Notes under the pieces: generated by a model
What the model was told of the DNA's origin: nothing
The model's database searches: none
The model's input: the letters and a program-made list of their open reading frames with translations, nothing else
Source: an uncultured Bacteroidota bacterium
GTDB lineage: Bacteria; Bacteroidota; Bacteroidia; Flavobacteriales; Flavobacteriaceae
Length of the DNA stretch: 64,000 nucleotides
NCBI GenBank assembly: GCA_902595555.1
Contig: CACJQM010000005.1
Location: 23,534-87,533, forward strand
Reading direction: 5' to 3'
In this document: in pieces, positions 41,516-51,524 of the stretch
Position numbering within the stretch: the first letter of the stretch is position 1
Layout: every line of letters starts with the position of its first letter
Position numbers and translations under genes: made by a program

Positions 41516-41611
41516 GTGCCAAATGTAATTAAAAAATAAATTATAAAAACTGACATAGTGTCAGCATATTAAATTGGCATAACTCTTGTCTATATCTAGA
41601 AAAAATTAGTT

Positions 41612-43525
41612 ATGAGTAAAATAATTGGAATAGACTTAGGAACAACGAATTCATGTGTTTCCGTTATGGAAGGTAATGAACCGGTTGTTATACCGAATGC
41701 CGAGGGTAAAAGAACCACCCCCTCAGTTATAGCTTTTGTTGAAGGTGGAGAGATAAAAGTGGGTGATCCTGCTAAAAGACAAGCTGTTACTAACCCAACC
41801 AAAACAATTTCATCAATAAAAAGATTTATGGGTAGTAAATTTTCAGAATCAAAAAATGATGCGAAAAGGTCTGCCTACAAAGTTGTGAAAGGAGATAATG
41901 ATACTGCTAGAGTTGATATTGATGGCAGGTTGTATACTCCTCAAGAACTTTCTGCGATGATTCTACAAAAAATGAAGAAAACTGCTGAGGATTATTTAGG
42001 TACAACTGTTACTGAAGCTGTTGTAACTGTTCCTGCATATTTTAACGATGCTCAAAGACAAGCAACAAAGGAGGCTGGTGAAATATCTGGACTTAAAGTT
42101 CAGAGAATTATCAATGAACCAACTGCTGCAGCTTTGGCTTATGGATTAGATAAATCCAACAAAGACCAAAAAATTGCAGTTTACGACCTTGGTGGAGGAA
42201 CATTTGATATTTCTATTTTAGAATTAGGTGATGGTGTTTTTGAAGTTTTATCAACAAATGGTGATACTAGGCTAGGAGGAGATGATTTTGATGATGCTAT
42301 TATTCAATGGTTGGCATTTGAATATGAAGAGGAAGAAGGCATGGATTTAAGAAAAGATCCAATGGCTTTACAAAGATTAAAGGAGGCAGCTGAAAAAGCT
42401 AAAATTGAATTATCTTCATCTACCCAGACTGAAATTAATTTACCTTACATAACTGCTACGGATGCTGGACCTAAACATTTAGTTAAGTCATTAACTAGAT
42501 CAAAGTTCGAACAATTATGTTCAGATCTTGTAAAAAGATCTATGGAACCTGTTAAAAAAGCTTTGAAAGATGCAGGTTTAAGTAAAAGCGATATAAATGA
42601 AGTTATTTTGGTTGGAGGTTCAACTAGAATACCTGTAATTCAAGATGAAGTTGAAAAATTCTTTGGTAAAAAACCATCAAAAGGAGTTAATCCTGATGAG
42701 GTAGTAGCCGTTGGTGCTGCAATACAAGGTGGTGTACTTACAGGAGATGTTAAAGATGTATTATTACTAGATGTTACTCCTTTATCATTAGGAATTGAAA
42801 CAATGGGAGGTGTTATGACTAAATTAATTGAGTCAAATACAACTATACCCTCCAAAAAATCACAAGTTTTCTCAACAGCTGCAGATAATCAACCTTCTGT
42901 AGAAATACATGTTCTTCAGGGTGAAAGATCAATGGCCAAGGATAATAAAACTATCGGAAGGTTTCATTTAGATGGTTTACCGCCAGCTCCTAGAGGTGTT
43001 CCTCAAATTGAGGTAACATTTGATATAGATGCTAATGGTATCATTCAAGTAACTGCGCTTGACAAAGCAACAAACAAATCTCAAGATATTAGAATTGAGG
43101 CTTCATCAGGTCTTACGGAAGAAGAAATTGAAAAAATGAAAAAAGAGGCGGAAGCTAATGCTGAATCTGATAAAAAGTTAAAAGAAGAAGTTGATACTTT
43201 AAATAGTGCTGATGCTATGATTTTTCAAACTGAAAGTCAATTAAAAGAATATGGCGATAAAATTTCTGATGATAAAAAGAAATCCATAGAAGATGCTCTT
43301 GAAACATTGAAAAAAGCTCATGAGTCCAAGGATATTGACTCAATTAAGTCTGAGCTTGAAAAAATTAATGAAGCATGGAAAAATGCATCGGAAGAACTTT
43401 ATAAGGCTCAAGCAGAGTCTGGTAAAGCAACAGAACCTAATCAAGATGATTCTAAAAAATCATCCAAAAAAGGTAAAGGATCTGACGATGATGTCCAGGA
43501 TGTTGATTTTGAAGAAGTTAAATAA
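41612..43525 (+). CDS. dnaK: molecular chaperone DnaK (Hsp70)
   Basis: 637 aa. Hsp70 signatures [24 protein letters not shown] and [11 protein letters not shown]. Confidence 0.98.
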   Translation: MSKIIGIDLGTTNSCVSVMEGNEPVVIPNAEGKRTTPSVIAFVEGGEIKVGDPAKRQAVTNPTKTISSIKRFMGSKFSESKNDAKRSAYKVVKGDNDTARVDIDGRLYTPQELSAMILQKMKKTAEDYLGTTVTEAVVTVPAYFNDAQRQATKEAGEISGLKVQRIINEPTAAALAYGLDKSNKDQKIAVYDLGGGTFDISILELGDGVFEVLSTNGDTRLGGDDFDDAIIQWLAFEYEEEEGMDLRKDPMALQRLKEAAEKAKIELSSSTQTEINLPYITATDAGPKHLVKSLTRSKFEQLCSDLVKRSMEPVKKALKDAGLSKSDINEVILVGGSTRIPVIQDEVEKFFGKKPSKGVNPDEVVAVGAAIQGGVLTGDVKDVLLLDVTPLSLGIETMGGVMTKLIESNTTIPSKKSQVFSTAADNQPSVEIHVLQGERSMAKDNKTIGRFHLDGLPPAPRGVPQIEVTFDIDANGIIQVTALDKATNKSQDIRIEASSGLTEEEIEKMKKEAEANAESDKKLKEEVDTLNSADAMIFQTESQLKEYGDKISDDKKKSIEDALETLKKAHESKDIDSIKSELEKINEAWKNASEELYKAQAESGKATEPNQDDSKKSSKKGKGSDDDVQDVDFEEVK

Positions 43526-43540
43526 AGTATCTAAATATGT

Positions 43541-43571
43541 AAAAACGTGTCTTTTAGGCACGTTTTTTTTT
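43541..43571 (+). terminator. rho-independent terminator after dnaK
   Basis: AAAAACGTG (43541-49), a 9-nt loop and CACGTTTTT form a stem. The stem is followed by a run of 9 T in total, 16 nt after the dnaK stop. Confidence 0.7.
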
Positions 43572-43583
43572 GTTATAAAATCA

Positions 43584-44003
43584 ATGATGAGTAAAAAACT
43601 AAAATTAAGTACTATAAACAAGACTAATAAAAATACATTGATGGAGTCACTTAAAATTGAATTCACAGATGTAGGAGATGATTATTTGGTTGCTAAAATG
43701 CCAGTCAATCATAAAGTTTATCAACCTGATAAAGTTTTGCATGGAGGTGCTTCAGTTGCACTTGCCGAATCTGTAGGTAGTGCAGCATCATATTTGTTTA
43801 TTAACCCAATTACTCATACAATAAGAGGAATTGAGATATCAGCAAATCATATAAAATCTGTAAAAAATGGGTACGTTTTTGCGAGAGCAAATCCTTTGCA
43901 TATTGGAAAAACCACTCATATTTGGGAAATAAAAATCACAGATGAAAATGATAAATTAATTTCCCATTGTAAACTCACAACAATGGTCATACAAAAAAAA
44001 TAA
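43584..44003 (+). CDS. menI: hot-dog thioesterase closely resembling 1,4-dihydroxy-2-naphthoyl-CoA hydrolase (YdiI/MenI, PaaI family)
   Basis: 139 aa from ATG 43584. MPVNHKVYQPDKVLHGGASVALAESVGS, EISANHIKS and PLHIGKTTHIWEIKITDENDKLISHCKLTT parallel the E. coli YdiI/EntH motifs as I recall them. The ORF-track N-terminal extension (43320-43583) overlaps dnaK and spans the terminator. Confidence 0.78.
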   Translation: MMSKKLKLSTINKTNKNTLMESLKIEFTDVGDDYLVAKMPVNHKVYQPDKVLHGGASVALAESVGSAASYLFINPITHTIRGIEISANHIKSVKNGYVFARANPLHIGKTTHIWEIKITDENDKLISHCKLTTMVIQKK

Positions 44004-44059
44004 ATTGACCCGTAATTGTATTTATTTATATGTTACATTTGCCATTTAAATAAATATTC

Positions 44060-45424
44060 ATGAAAAGCGTAATTACATGTGATTTAGAAGGACTTATCGA
44101 AACGATAAATCCCGACGGTGAAAAGTTATTTGGATATACTAAAGAAGAACTTGTAGGAAAAAAAAGAGTTTCTATATTTTCCTCTGGTGAGGTTGTAATC
44201 CAAAATGTTGGAGTTTGGCTTTCTTCCGCTCTAAAAAATGGTGAACATAATACTAAAACATACTTTATCAGAAAAGATGGTACAAAGTGGAATGCTGCTA
44301 TAAAAATAACACCAACATATAAAAATGGTAAAAATAATCCCCCAACTGGATACTGTGGAATAACAATACCAATAAATGAGGAAGTAAAAGTTCCTATTAA
44401 ATTTTCAACAATTTTTATCAAATGGGCTTTTGCAATCACAAGAGGAGGTTTTACGAGCGCATCATTATTTCCAATTTTTGCCATTGCAGCTTTTTTTGCT
44501 GGTTCTGGTGATGGATTATTTAGTGTTCTTTCACTTGTGCTTTGCGCTGCTGGTATTGTCTTTTTACATGTTTCATCAAATTTGTTTAATGATTATTATG
44601 ATGTTAAAGATGGTACAGATGGAGCTAATACAGAATATTTTAATGCTGGTCTTAATTCAACAGTCCTAGAAGGAGCTCAGCTCTCAGGTGGTAGTAGATC
44701 AATTGAATTAGGCTTAATTACATTAGATGGAACCTTATCACTTGCTAGAAAAATGCTTGTTGCAGCTATTATTTTTACAGCTGGTTTACTATATAATAGT
44801 TACTTAGTTACAGGTGAAATATCCAATGCTCAAAATGCTTTGATTATTGGATGTATTGGTGGGTTATTAGGATACTTTTACACTGCTAGACCAGTAAGGC
44901 TAGTAGCTAGGAGAGGACTGGGTGAGATTGCAATTTTCCTTGCTTTTGGTCCAGTACTTACACTTGGGGCACTTTTTGCTATATCAACTACAACGATTGA
45001 AATATATTCAGAAGAGTTTTTTAACGCTATTTATATTGGTATTCCTTTCGGATTTTTAACAACAAATATTCTTTACATAAATCAATACCCAGATACAGTT
45101 AGTGATGCTAAAACAAATAAAAATCATTTAATTGTGACATTAGGTAAGAAAAATGCAAGATGGGGTTATTTATTAATTCTTTTAGCTGCTTTTGGATCTT
45201 CAATTTATCTGACTGAGATTTTAGCTGATAATTTAATAAACTTCAATAAGAATGTATTTTATATTGGTAATGCGTTATTATTTTTATATGGAATGCTTGC
45301 CTTTGTTAATTTGTTTAAAAATTACAACAGTAGGGATTTAATTCATTCAAATTTAAAAACCATCTATCTACAAATTTTTTATGGACTTTTTATTGTGATA
45401 GCATTTAATTTATTTTTTCTGTAA
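44060..45424 (+). CDS. PAS domain fused to a UbiA-superfamily prenyltransferase (MenA-like 1,4-dihydroxy-2-naphthoate polyprenyltransferase)
   Basis: 454 aa. Residues about 1-115 look PAS-like (ITCDLEGLIETINPDGEKLFGYTKEELVGKK...FIRKDGTKWNAAIKITP...GYCGIT). About 8-9 TM helices follow, with Asp-rich motif 1 NDYYDVKDGTD, a GGSRSIE segment and motif 2 NQYPDTVSDAKTNKNHLIVTLG. Confidence 0.78.
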   Translation: MKSVITCDLEGLIETINPDGEKLFGYTKEELVGKKRVSIFSSGEVVIQNVGVWLSSALKNGEHNTKTYFIRKDGTKWNAAIKITPTYKNGKNNPPTGYCGITIPINEEVKVPIKFSTIFIKWAFAITRGGFTSASLFPIFAIAAFFAGSGDGLFSVLSLVLCAAGIVFLHVSSNLFNDYYDVKDGTDGANTEYFNAGLNSTVLEGAQLSGGSRSIELGLITLDGTLSLARKMLVAAIIFTAGLLYNSYLVTGEISNAQNALIIGCIGGLLGYFYTARPVRLVARRGLGEIAIFLAFGPVLTLGALFAISTTTIEIYSEEFFNAIYIGIPFGFLTTNILYINQYPDTVSDAKTNKNHLIVTLGKKNARWGYLLILLAAFGSSIYLTEILADNLINFNKNVFYIGNALLFLYGMLAFVNLFKNYNSRDLIHSNLKTIYLQIFYGLFIVIAFNLFFL

Positions 45425-46353
45425 TGTATATTGAAAAAGCAAAAAATATAAAAAATAATTGGTGGAGGTATTTCCTTGTTGGTCCATTAATTATTTTCAC
45501 GTTCTGGCAGATTATTGGTGCTATTCCCTTTGGTGTTGGCTTTGCTTTAAATGCTGACCTTGATACATTAACAGCTGAAAACAGCAGTGACATGGCTTAT
45601 ATGTTCTCTGTTTTTCCATCTAAAAATATTGGTATATCTCTTTTTTTATTAATGTTTGTTTTTGGTTTTGTTGGTTTATATTTAACTACTAAGTTTATAC
45701 ACAAGCAGACATTTATATCTCTCACAACATCAAGGGAAAAAATTGATTTTTCAAGAGTTTTTTATTCTTTCATTTTAGTTATTACCATTAGTGTAATTGG
45801 ATTCACAATAGGTTATTTTTTATCACCCGAGGATTATGAGTTAACATTTAACTTAAATCAATTTTTAATTCTTTTGCTCATTTGTTTTACTTTATTGCCA
45901 ATACAAACGAGTTTCGAGGAGTATTTAATGAGAGGTTATCTCTTACAGGGAATTGGTATTTGTACCAAAAGCCGTGCATTAGCTTTTACAATTCCATCAA
46001 TTTTATTTGGCTTATTACATTTTGCAAATCCAGAAGTTGATAAATTTGGAAATGAATTTATCATAGCTTATATACTAATGGGGTTTTTTTTAGGAGCAAT
46101 TACATTGATGGATGAAGGCTTGGAATTAGCACTAGGTTGGCATTTTGCAAACAATATTATTGCAGCTGCACTTGTTACAGCAGATTGGTCTGCACTACAA
46201 ACCAATGCTATATTTACTTATGTTGGTGATCCAGATGTTGTTACTATGATTCTGCCCTCATTAATTATATTTCCATTACTTATATATCATTTTTCTGTAA
46301 AGTATAAATGGTCTGGTTGGAAAGAAAAATTATTTGGTAAAGTAAATATTTGA
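45424..46353 (+). CDS. CPBP-family intramembrane glutamic endopeptidase (CAAX protease / Abi-like)
   Basis: 309 aa, polytopic. CPBP motifs EEYLMRGYL (EExxxR) and FGLLHFANP (FxxxH), later HFANN. TAATG overlap with the upstream gene. Confidence 0.85.
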   Translation: MYIEKAKNIKNNWWRYFLVGPLIIFTFWQIIGAIPFGVGFALNADLDTLTAENSSDMAYMFSVFPSKNIGISLFLLMFVFGFVGLYLTTKFIHKQTFISLTTSREKIDFSRVFYSFILVITISVIGFTIGYFLSPEDYELTFNLNQFLILLLICFTLLPIQTSFEEYLMRGYLLQGIGICTKSRALAFTIPSILFGLLHFANPEVDKFGNEFIIAYILMGFFLGAITLMDEGLELALGWHFANNIIAAALVTADWSALQTNAIFTYVGDPDVVTMILPSLIIFPLLIYHFSVKYKWSGWKEKLFGKVNI

Positions 46354-46361
46354 TTGTCTCT

Positions 46362-46535
46362 ATGAATAAAAATACAATTTTTGCCTGGGCATCTTTTATC
46401 CTTTTTATAATTGGGTCCTCTCTAGTTTTGTTGGGTGTATTTAAGTATCCTGAATACCTCGTCGAACTAACATTAGCAGGTTTAGGTTTTATTACAATTG
46501 GTTGGGCGTTTAATGCCTTGAAGGGTAGGATATAG
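46362..46535 (+). CDS. small two-helix membrane protein, hypothetical
   Basis: 57 aa from ATG 46362, 9 nt after the CPBP stop. Two hydrophobic helices. No homology recognised. Confidence 0.45.
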   Translation: MNKNTIFAWASFILFIIGSSLVLLGVFKYPEYLVELTLAGLGFITIGWAFNALKGRI

Positions 46536-46541
46536 ATAAAA

Positions 46542-47933
46542 TTATTCTCCTGTCATTTTATTTGGATCTACCCATTTGTCAAACTCTTCCTCAGAGAGAT
46601 ATTTTAATTTTAAAGCTTCTTCTTTTAAAGTTGTACCATTTTTATAAGCATTATTTGCAATTTCAGCTGCCTTATAGTATCCTATTTTATTATTTAATGC
46701 AGTAACTAACATTAAAGAATTATTCAAGTGTTCATTAATCTTTTTTTTGTTAGCTTCTAATCCTTTTAAACAGTTTTTATTAAAGCTAATTATAGCATCA
46801 GAAAATAATTTCAATGATTCGATTATTTTAGCAGCCATTAAAGGTTTATAAACATTTAATTCTAGATGTCCTTGAGAGCCTGCAAAACTAATTGTATAAT
46901 CATTACCAATTATTTGAGCACAAACCATACATATAGCCTCACATTGAGTTGGATTTATTTTACCTGGCATTATTGAGCTACCTGGTTCGTTAGCAGGTAA
47001 AATTAATTCAGAAAATCCTGCTCTAGGACCACTTCCAAGTAATCTTATATCATTAGCAATTTTATATGTAGAAACTGCTAATTGTTTAATAGCAGCGTGT
47101 GTTTCTACAATAGCGTCATGAGCTGCTAGTGCTTCAAATTTATTATCAGCTACTTTAAAATTTATGTTACATTCTTTAGAGATGTTTTCAACAGTTATTT
47201 TATCGAAATTTTTTGGTGTATTAAGTCCTGTTCCTACAGCGGTTCCTCCGATGGCCAATTCTGATAAATGATCCAATGAATTATTAAGGGTTTTTAAACC
47301 ATGTTCAATTTGTGATGCATAACCTGAAAACTCTTGACCTAGAGTCAATGGTGTGGCATCCATTAAATGTGTTCTTCCAATTTTAACATCGTCTTTAAAT
47401 TCCTTTTCCTTTATTTTAAGTGTTTTATGAAAATCTTTAATAGCAGGTATTGTTTTTTCAACTATTAACTTATAAGCAGCTATATGCATAGCAGTAGGAA
47501 ATGTATCATTTGATGATTGTGATTTGTTAACGTCATCATTTGGTTTCAGAGTCTTATCATTTGAATTTAAATCCTTTCCCTCTAGTATGTGAGCGATGTT
47601 AGTGATAACTTCGTTTACATTCATATTTGTTTGTGTACCTGATCCAGTTTGCCAAATAACCAGAGGAAACTGCTCATCATATTTACCATCAATAATTTCT
47701 TGACAAGCTTTATTAATTAGAATCATCTTATCTTTTTCAATAGCACCTAATTCATGATTAGATTTAGAGCAAGCTTTCTTTAATATTGCATAAGCATAGA
47801 CAATCTCGATTGGCATCGATCCAGGGTTACCAATTTTAAAGTTATTTATTGATCTTTGAGTTTGAGGACCCCACAAAGATTCACTGGGAATTTGAACCTT
47901 TCCTAATGTGTCAGACTCTGTTCTGAATTTCAT
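46542..47933 (-). CDS. fumC: class II fumarate hydratase
   Basis: 463 aa. Fumarate lyase signature [15 protein letters not shown] and N-terminal [13 protein letters not shown]. Confidence 0.97.
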   Translation of the reverse strand: MKFRTESDTLGKVQIPSESLWGPQTQRSINNFKIGNPGSMPIEIVYAYAILKKACSKSNHELGAIEKDKMILINKACQEIIDGKYDEQFPLVIWQTGSGTQTNMNVNEVITNIAHILEGKDLNSNDKTLKPNDDVNKSQSSNDTFPTAMHIAAYKLIVEKTIPAIKDFHKTLKIKEKEFKDDVKIGRTHLMDATPLTLGQEFSGYASQIEHGLKTLNNSLDHLSELAIGGTAVGTGLNTPKNFDKITVENISKECNINFKVADNKFEALAAHDAIVETHAAIKQLAVSTYKIANDIRLLGSGPRAGFSELILPANEPGSSIMPGKINPTQCEAICMVCAQIIGNDYTISFAGSQGHLELNVYKPLMAAKIIESLKLFSDAIISFNKNCLKGLEANKKKINEHLNNSLMLVTALNNKIGYYKAAEIANNAYKNGTTLKEEALKLKYLSEEEFDKWVDPNKMTGE

Positions 47934-48023
47934 AGAACAAAAAATTATTTAACAAAGTTACAAAATAGCGTTCAAAACCTGTTTATAAACTATTTATAAT
48001 ACTATTTCCTTTGAATTAAACTT

Positions 48024-48206
48024 ATGCTTATCTTTGTTTATATGTTTGAATTTGACCAATATTTAGGATTTTTACTTTTTATGACAGTTGTCACTATGGG
48101 GTTTTGGTTAATGATTTTATTATTGACATTTATAATACCATATTGGGTCACTGGATCCTTTTTCGAATGGTTAAATGAAAGAAAAAATAAAAATTCAAGC
48201 AAATAG
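48024..48206 (+). CDS. small hydrophobic hypothetical protein
   Basis: 60 aa with two hydrophobic helices and a basic tail. Coding status is uncertain. Confidence 0.35.
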   Translation: MLIFVYMFEFDQYLGFLLFMTVVTMGFWLMILLLTFIIPYWVTGSFFEWLNERKNKNSSK

Positions 48207-48208
48207 AT

Positions 48209-49298
48209 TTAATTTTTCCCTCTAGACATTAAATAAGATTTTAAGAAAGGATCTATATTTCCATCTAAAACAGAGCCTGCATCCGATATTTCAGTAGACG
48301 TTCTAACATCCTTAACTACTTTGTAAGGGTGCAAAACATAGTTCCTTATTTGTGAACCCCATTCAATTTTCTTTTTACTTTCTTCTATTTCTTTTCTAGT
48401 TTCTAGTTTTTTATTGAGTTCAATCTCATAAAGTTGAGATTTTAATAGTAGTAATGCTTTATTTTTATTATCCAACTGAGAACGTGTCTCAGAATTTTCA
48501 ACAACAATTCCACTAGGTAAATGTTTTAGCCTTACAGCGGTTTCAATTTTATTGACACTCTGCCCACCAGCCCCACTGGATCTCATAGTTTCCCACTCAA
48601 TTTCAGAATTATTTATCTCTATGTTAATAGTTTCGTCAACAAGTGGATATATATAAACTGATGCAAAAGATGTATGTCTTTTTGCATTACTGTCAAAAGG
48701 AGAAATTCTGACTAATCTATGAACACCGTTTTCTCCTTTGAGCCAGCCAAATGCATAATCACCCTGAATTTCTATGCTAATTGTTTTAATACCTGTTACA
48801 TCTCCCTCTACGATATTTAGTTCTTTAGTTTTAAAATTTCTCTTTTCACACCACATTAGATACATCCTACATAGCATATTAGCCCAGTCACAACTTTCAG
48901 TTCCACCGGCACCAGCAGTGATTTGAAGTACTGCAGACATTTCATCTCCTTCATCAGAAAGCATATTTTTGAATTCAATTGATTCAATTTTTTTTGATGT
49001 TTTTTCAAAACACTTGATTAATTCATTTTCTTCAACTTCATTATTTTTGAAATATTCAAAAGTTATCTCTAGTTCATCGCATAAACTTGAAGCAGAACTA
49101 TAATCATTAACCCAGTCCTTTAATGATTTAATTTTCTTTAAAATGATTTGAGCTTCAGCTGGTTTATCCCAAAAATCTTCTTTAAATGTGTCTTTTTCTA
49201 ATGCAGAGATTTGACTATTTTTTTTATCAAGGTCAAAGATACCTCCTTAAAGCACCTAGGCGTTCAATTAAGTTTTTTATTTGTTCAGAAGTAATCAA
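48209..49298 (-). CDS. prfB: peptide chain release factor 2, expressed via programmed +1 ribosomal frameshift at 49235
   Basis: The ORF track shows only the 251-aa C-terminal piece (SPF tripeptide in RISPFDSN, GGQ in SSGAGGQSVNK). Manual reading upstream gives frame 0 as TTG(49298) ATT ACT TCT GAA CAA ATA AAA AAC TTA ATT GAA CGC CTA GGT GCT TTA AGG AGG TAT CTT TGA. Skipping the T at 49235 gives GAC CTT GAT AAA..., which is continuous with the long ORF. The joined product is about 362 aa. Confidence 0.93.
49232..49247 (-). promoter_or_regulatory. RF2 autoregulatory +1 frameshift cassette: AGGAGG-TAT-CTT-TGA-C
   Basis: The minus strand reads AGGAGG TAT CTT TGA C. The SD-like element lies 3 nt before the CTT slippery codon, followed by an in-frame TGA and then C. 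This matches the E. coli architecture (AGGGGG TAT CTT TGA C). Confidence 0.9.
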
Positions 49299-49394
49299 AA
49301 TTATTGTAAAATTAAATAATTTAATTGTTTTAAAATATTACATAAATTATATTTATTGTAAAGTGGTCTATTTTAAAATTTATTCTTAATTATT

Positions 49395-50420
49395 ATGGAA
49401 ATTAATCTAATAAGTGATACTGTAACCAAGCCATCAAATGAAATGATTAATTATATGATTAATTGTGAAGTTGGAGATGATGTCTTTAAAGAAGATCCAA
49501 CAGTTAATGAACTTGAGGAAAAAGTTGCAAAAATGTTCAACATGGAAAAAGCTCTTTTTTTCCCCTCAGGAACGATGACAAATCAAACTGCGATAAAAAT
49601 AAACACCAACCCAGGTGATCAACTAATATGCAGTAAAACAGCACACGTATACAATTATGAAGGAGGTGGTGTTAGTTTTAATTCTGGTGTTTCTTGTAAG
49701 TTGATTGATAAAGAGAGAGGTTTTTTTTCTTCAACTGATGTAGTTAAGACAATCAATCCGCCTGATTTTTATCATAGCCCTAAGACAACTTTAGTCTGTG
49801 TAGAAAATACAACGAACAAAGGTGGCGGTGCATGTTGGGAATTAAGTGAGTTGAAAAAAATAAAAGAAGTATGCGAAGAAAATAATTTAAAATATCATTT
49901 AGATGGAGCTAGAATTTGGAATGCAGTTGTTAAAAAAAATCAAGATCTTTCAGAATATGGGAGTTTGTTTGATACAATTTCAGTGTGTTTAAGCAAGGGG
50001 CTTGGTTGCCCAGTCGGATCACTTTTATTGTGTTCAGAGAAGGATTTCCAAGAAGCGATAAGGATTAGAAAGGTTTTTGGAGGAGGTATGAGACAATCTG
50101 GTTACTTAGCTGCTTGTGGTATTTATGCTTTAGAAAATAATATTAAAAGACTATCCGATGATCATCAGAGAGCTAAAGAAATTGAGAAAGTTCTAAAGGG
50201 ATTAGACTTTATTAGCAAGGTTGAAGAAGTTGAAACCAACATAATTATATTTGAAATTCACGAGAAATTTAGTTCCGAAAATTTCATTAATCATCTAAGT
50301 AAACAAGGAGTAAAACTAATTGGTATGGGTGATAATAAGCTCAGATTGGTTACGCACATGGATTATACTCAAAACCATCATGATTATTTTTTAGATTTAT
50401 TAAAAAATGTTTCTCTATAA
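49395..50420 (+). CDS. ltaE: low-specificity L-threonine aldolase (PLP-dependent)
   Basis: 341 aa. SDTVTKPS, VGDDVFKEDPTVNELE, FPSGTMTNQ and Schiff-base Lys context SVCLSKGLG. Confidence 0.88.
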   Translation: MEINLISDTVTKPSNEMINYMINCEVGDDVFKEDPTVNELEEKVAKMFNMEKALFFPSGTMTNQTAIKINTNPGDQLICSKTAHVYNYEGGGVSFNSGVSCKLIDKERGFFSSTDVVKTINPPDFYHSPKTTLVCVENTTNKGGGACWELSELKKIKEVCEENNLKYHLDGARIWNAVVKKNQDLSEYGSLFDTISVCLSKGLGCPVGSLLLCSEKDFQEAIRIRKVFGGGMRQSGYLAACGIYALENNIKRLSDDHQRAKEIEKVLKGLDFISKVEEVETNIIIFEIHEKFSSENFINHLSKQGVKLIGMGDNKLRLVTHMDYTQNHHDYFLDLLKNVSL

Positions 50421-50485
50421 AGTGTAAAAAAAATCAATTAGATTTTTTAATGTATTTTTGCACATTGTGATATACAAAAAGGTGC

Positions 50486-51523
50486 ATGAAAAATAAAATC
50501 AATGCTCACGAAAATATCCTTTCATTAATTGGCAACACCCCGCTAGTTAAGTTAAATAAAGTAACAAAAAACTTTGAAGGTGATTACTATGCTAAGTATG
50601 AGGCTATGAATCCTGGACAGTCTAATAAAGATAGGATTGCTCTACACATAATTGAGTCAGCGGAAAAAAAAGGTCTAATAGATAAGAATACAACTATTAT
50701 TGAAACAACCTCTGGAAATACTGGTTTTAGTCTATCAATGGTATCTATGGTAAAAGGTTATAAATGTATTGTAGCTGTTTCGTCTAAGTCTTCACCTGAT
50801 AAAATAGATATGTTGAAAGCTATGGGAGCCAAGGTTTATGTTTGTCCAGCAAATGTTCCAGCAGATGATAAAAGATCATATTATGAGGTTGCTAAAAGAC
50901 TAAATGAAGAAATTAAAGATTCATTTTATGTTAATCAATATTTTAATGAATTAAATATCGATGCCCACTACAAGACTACAGGTCCGGAAATATGGAAACA
51001 AACAAATGGATCAATCACACATTTAGTTGCCAGTAGTGGTACTGGAGGTACTATATCTGGTATTGGAAGATTTTTAAAGGAAAAGAACCCAAATATTCAA
51101 ATTATCGGGGTTGATGCATACGGATCAGTTCTCAAAAAATTTCATGAAACTGGAGAGTTCGATTCAAATGAAATATATCCTTACAGAATTGAAGGTTTAG
51201 GTAAAAATTTAATACCAACTTCAACTGATTTTGATGTTATAGATTTATATGAAAAGGTTAATGATGAAGATAGTGCTCATTCATCAAGAGAGATTGCAAA
51301 AAAAGAGGGTGTATTTGTTGGGTATACCTCTGGTGCATGTTTACAAGCAATTAAACAATTAAATAAAAGAAAAGTATTTAAAAAAAACAGTATTGTTGTT
51401 ACAATTTTCTGTGATCATGGATCAAGATATATGAGTAAAATATTTAGTGATAAGTGGATGAACGAACAAGGTTTTGATCCAAAGAGTATTGAACAAGAAT
51501 CATCAATAGAACATATTCGATAA
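50486..51523 (+). CDS. cystathionine-beta-synthase-like / cysteine synthase family PLP enzyme without CBS domains (candidate cysteate synthase CapA-like)
   Basis: 345 aa. Tryptophan-synthase-beta fold motifs [11 protein letters not shown] (PLP lysine), TSGNTG and [10 protein letters not shown]. Confidence 0.7.
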   Translation: MKNKINAHENILSLIGNTPLVKLNKVTKNFEGDYYAKYEAMNPGQSNKDRIALHIIESAEKKGLIDKNTTIIETTSGNTGFSLSMVSMVKGYKCIVAVSSKSSPDKIDMLKAMGAKVYVCPANVPADDKRSYYEVAKRLNEEIKDSFYVNQYFNELNIDAHYKTTGPEIWKQTNGSITHLVASSGTGGTISGIGRFLKEKNPNIQIIGVDAYGSVLKKFHETGEFDSNEIYPYRIEGLGKNLIPTSTDFDVIDLYEKVNDEDSAHSSREIAKKEGVFVGYTSGACLQAIKQLNKRKVFKKNSIVVTIFCDHGSRYMSKIFSDKWMNEQGFDPKSIEQESSIEHIR

Positions 51524-51524
51524 A

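Noticed and set aside
41574-41589. Sigma-54 promoter call upstream of dnaK as a stand-alone feature
   Set aside because: The -12 element reads TTGT instead of TTGC, losing the most conserved C. No enhancer-binding-protein gene is nearby. I kept it only as a caveat inside the palindrome finding, not as a feature.
43320-43583. N-terminal 88-codon extension of the thioesterase ORF given in the ORF track (start 43320)
   Set aside because: The extension overlaps the dnaK C-terminus in another frame and runs straight through the dnaK rho-independent terminator (43541-43571). Homology to YdiI/PaaI thioesterases begins only after ATG 43584.
44026-44484. 152-aa minus-strand ORF overlapping the 5' part of the PAS-prenyltransferase gene
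   Set aside because: It is entirely antisense to a gene with clear PAS and UbiA motifs. It lies in the antisense register where stops require a sense Tyr/His/Gln codon preceded by a specific base, so long open stretches arise by chance. The translated sequence is low-complexity and hydrophobic, with no recognisable motif.
49186-49389. 67-aa plus-strand ORF
   Set aside because: It lies antisense to the frame-0 N-terminal segment and the frameshift cassette of prfB, which explains the apparent gap in annotation. It has no motif.
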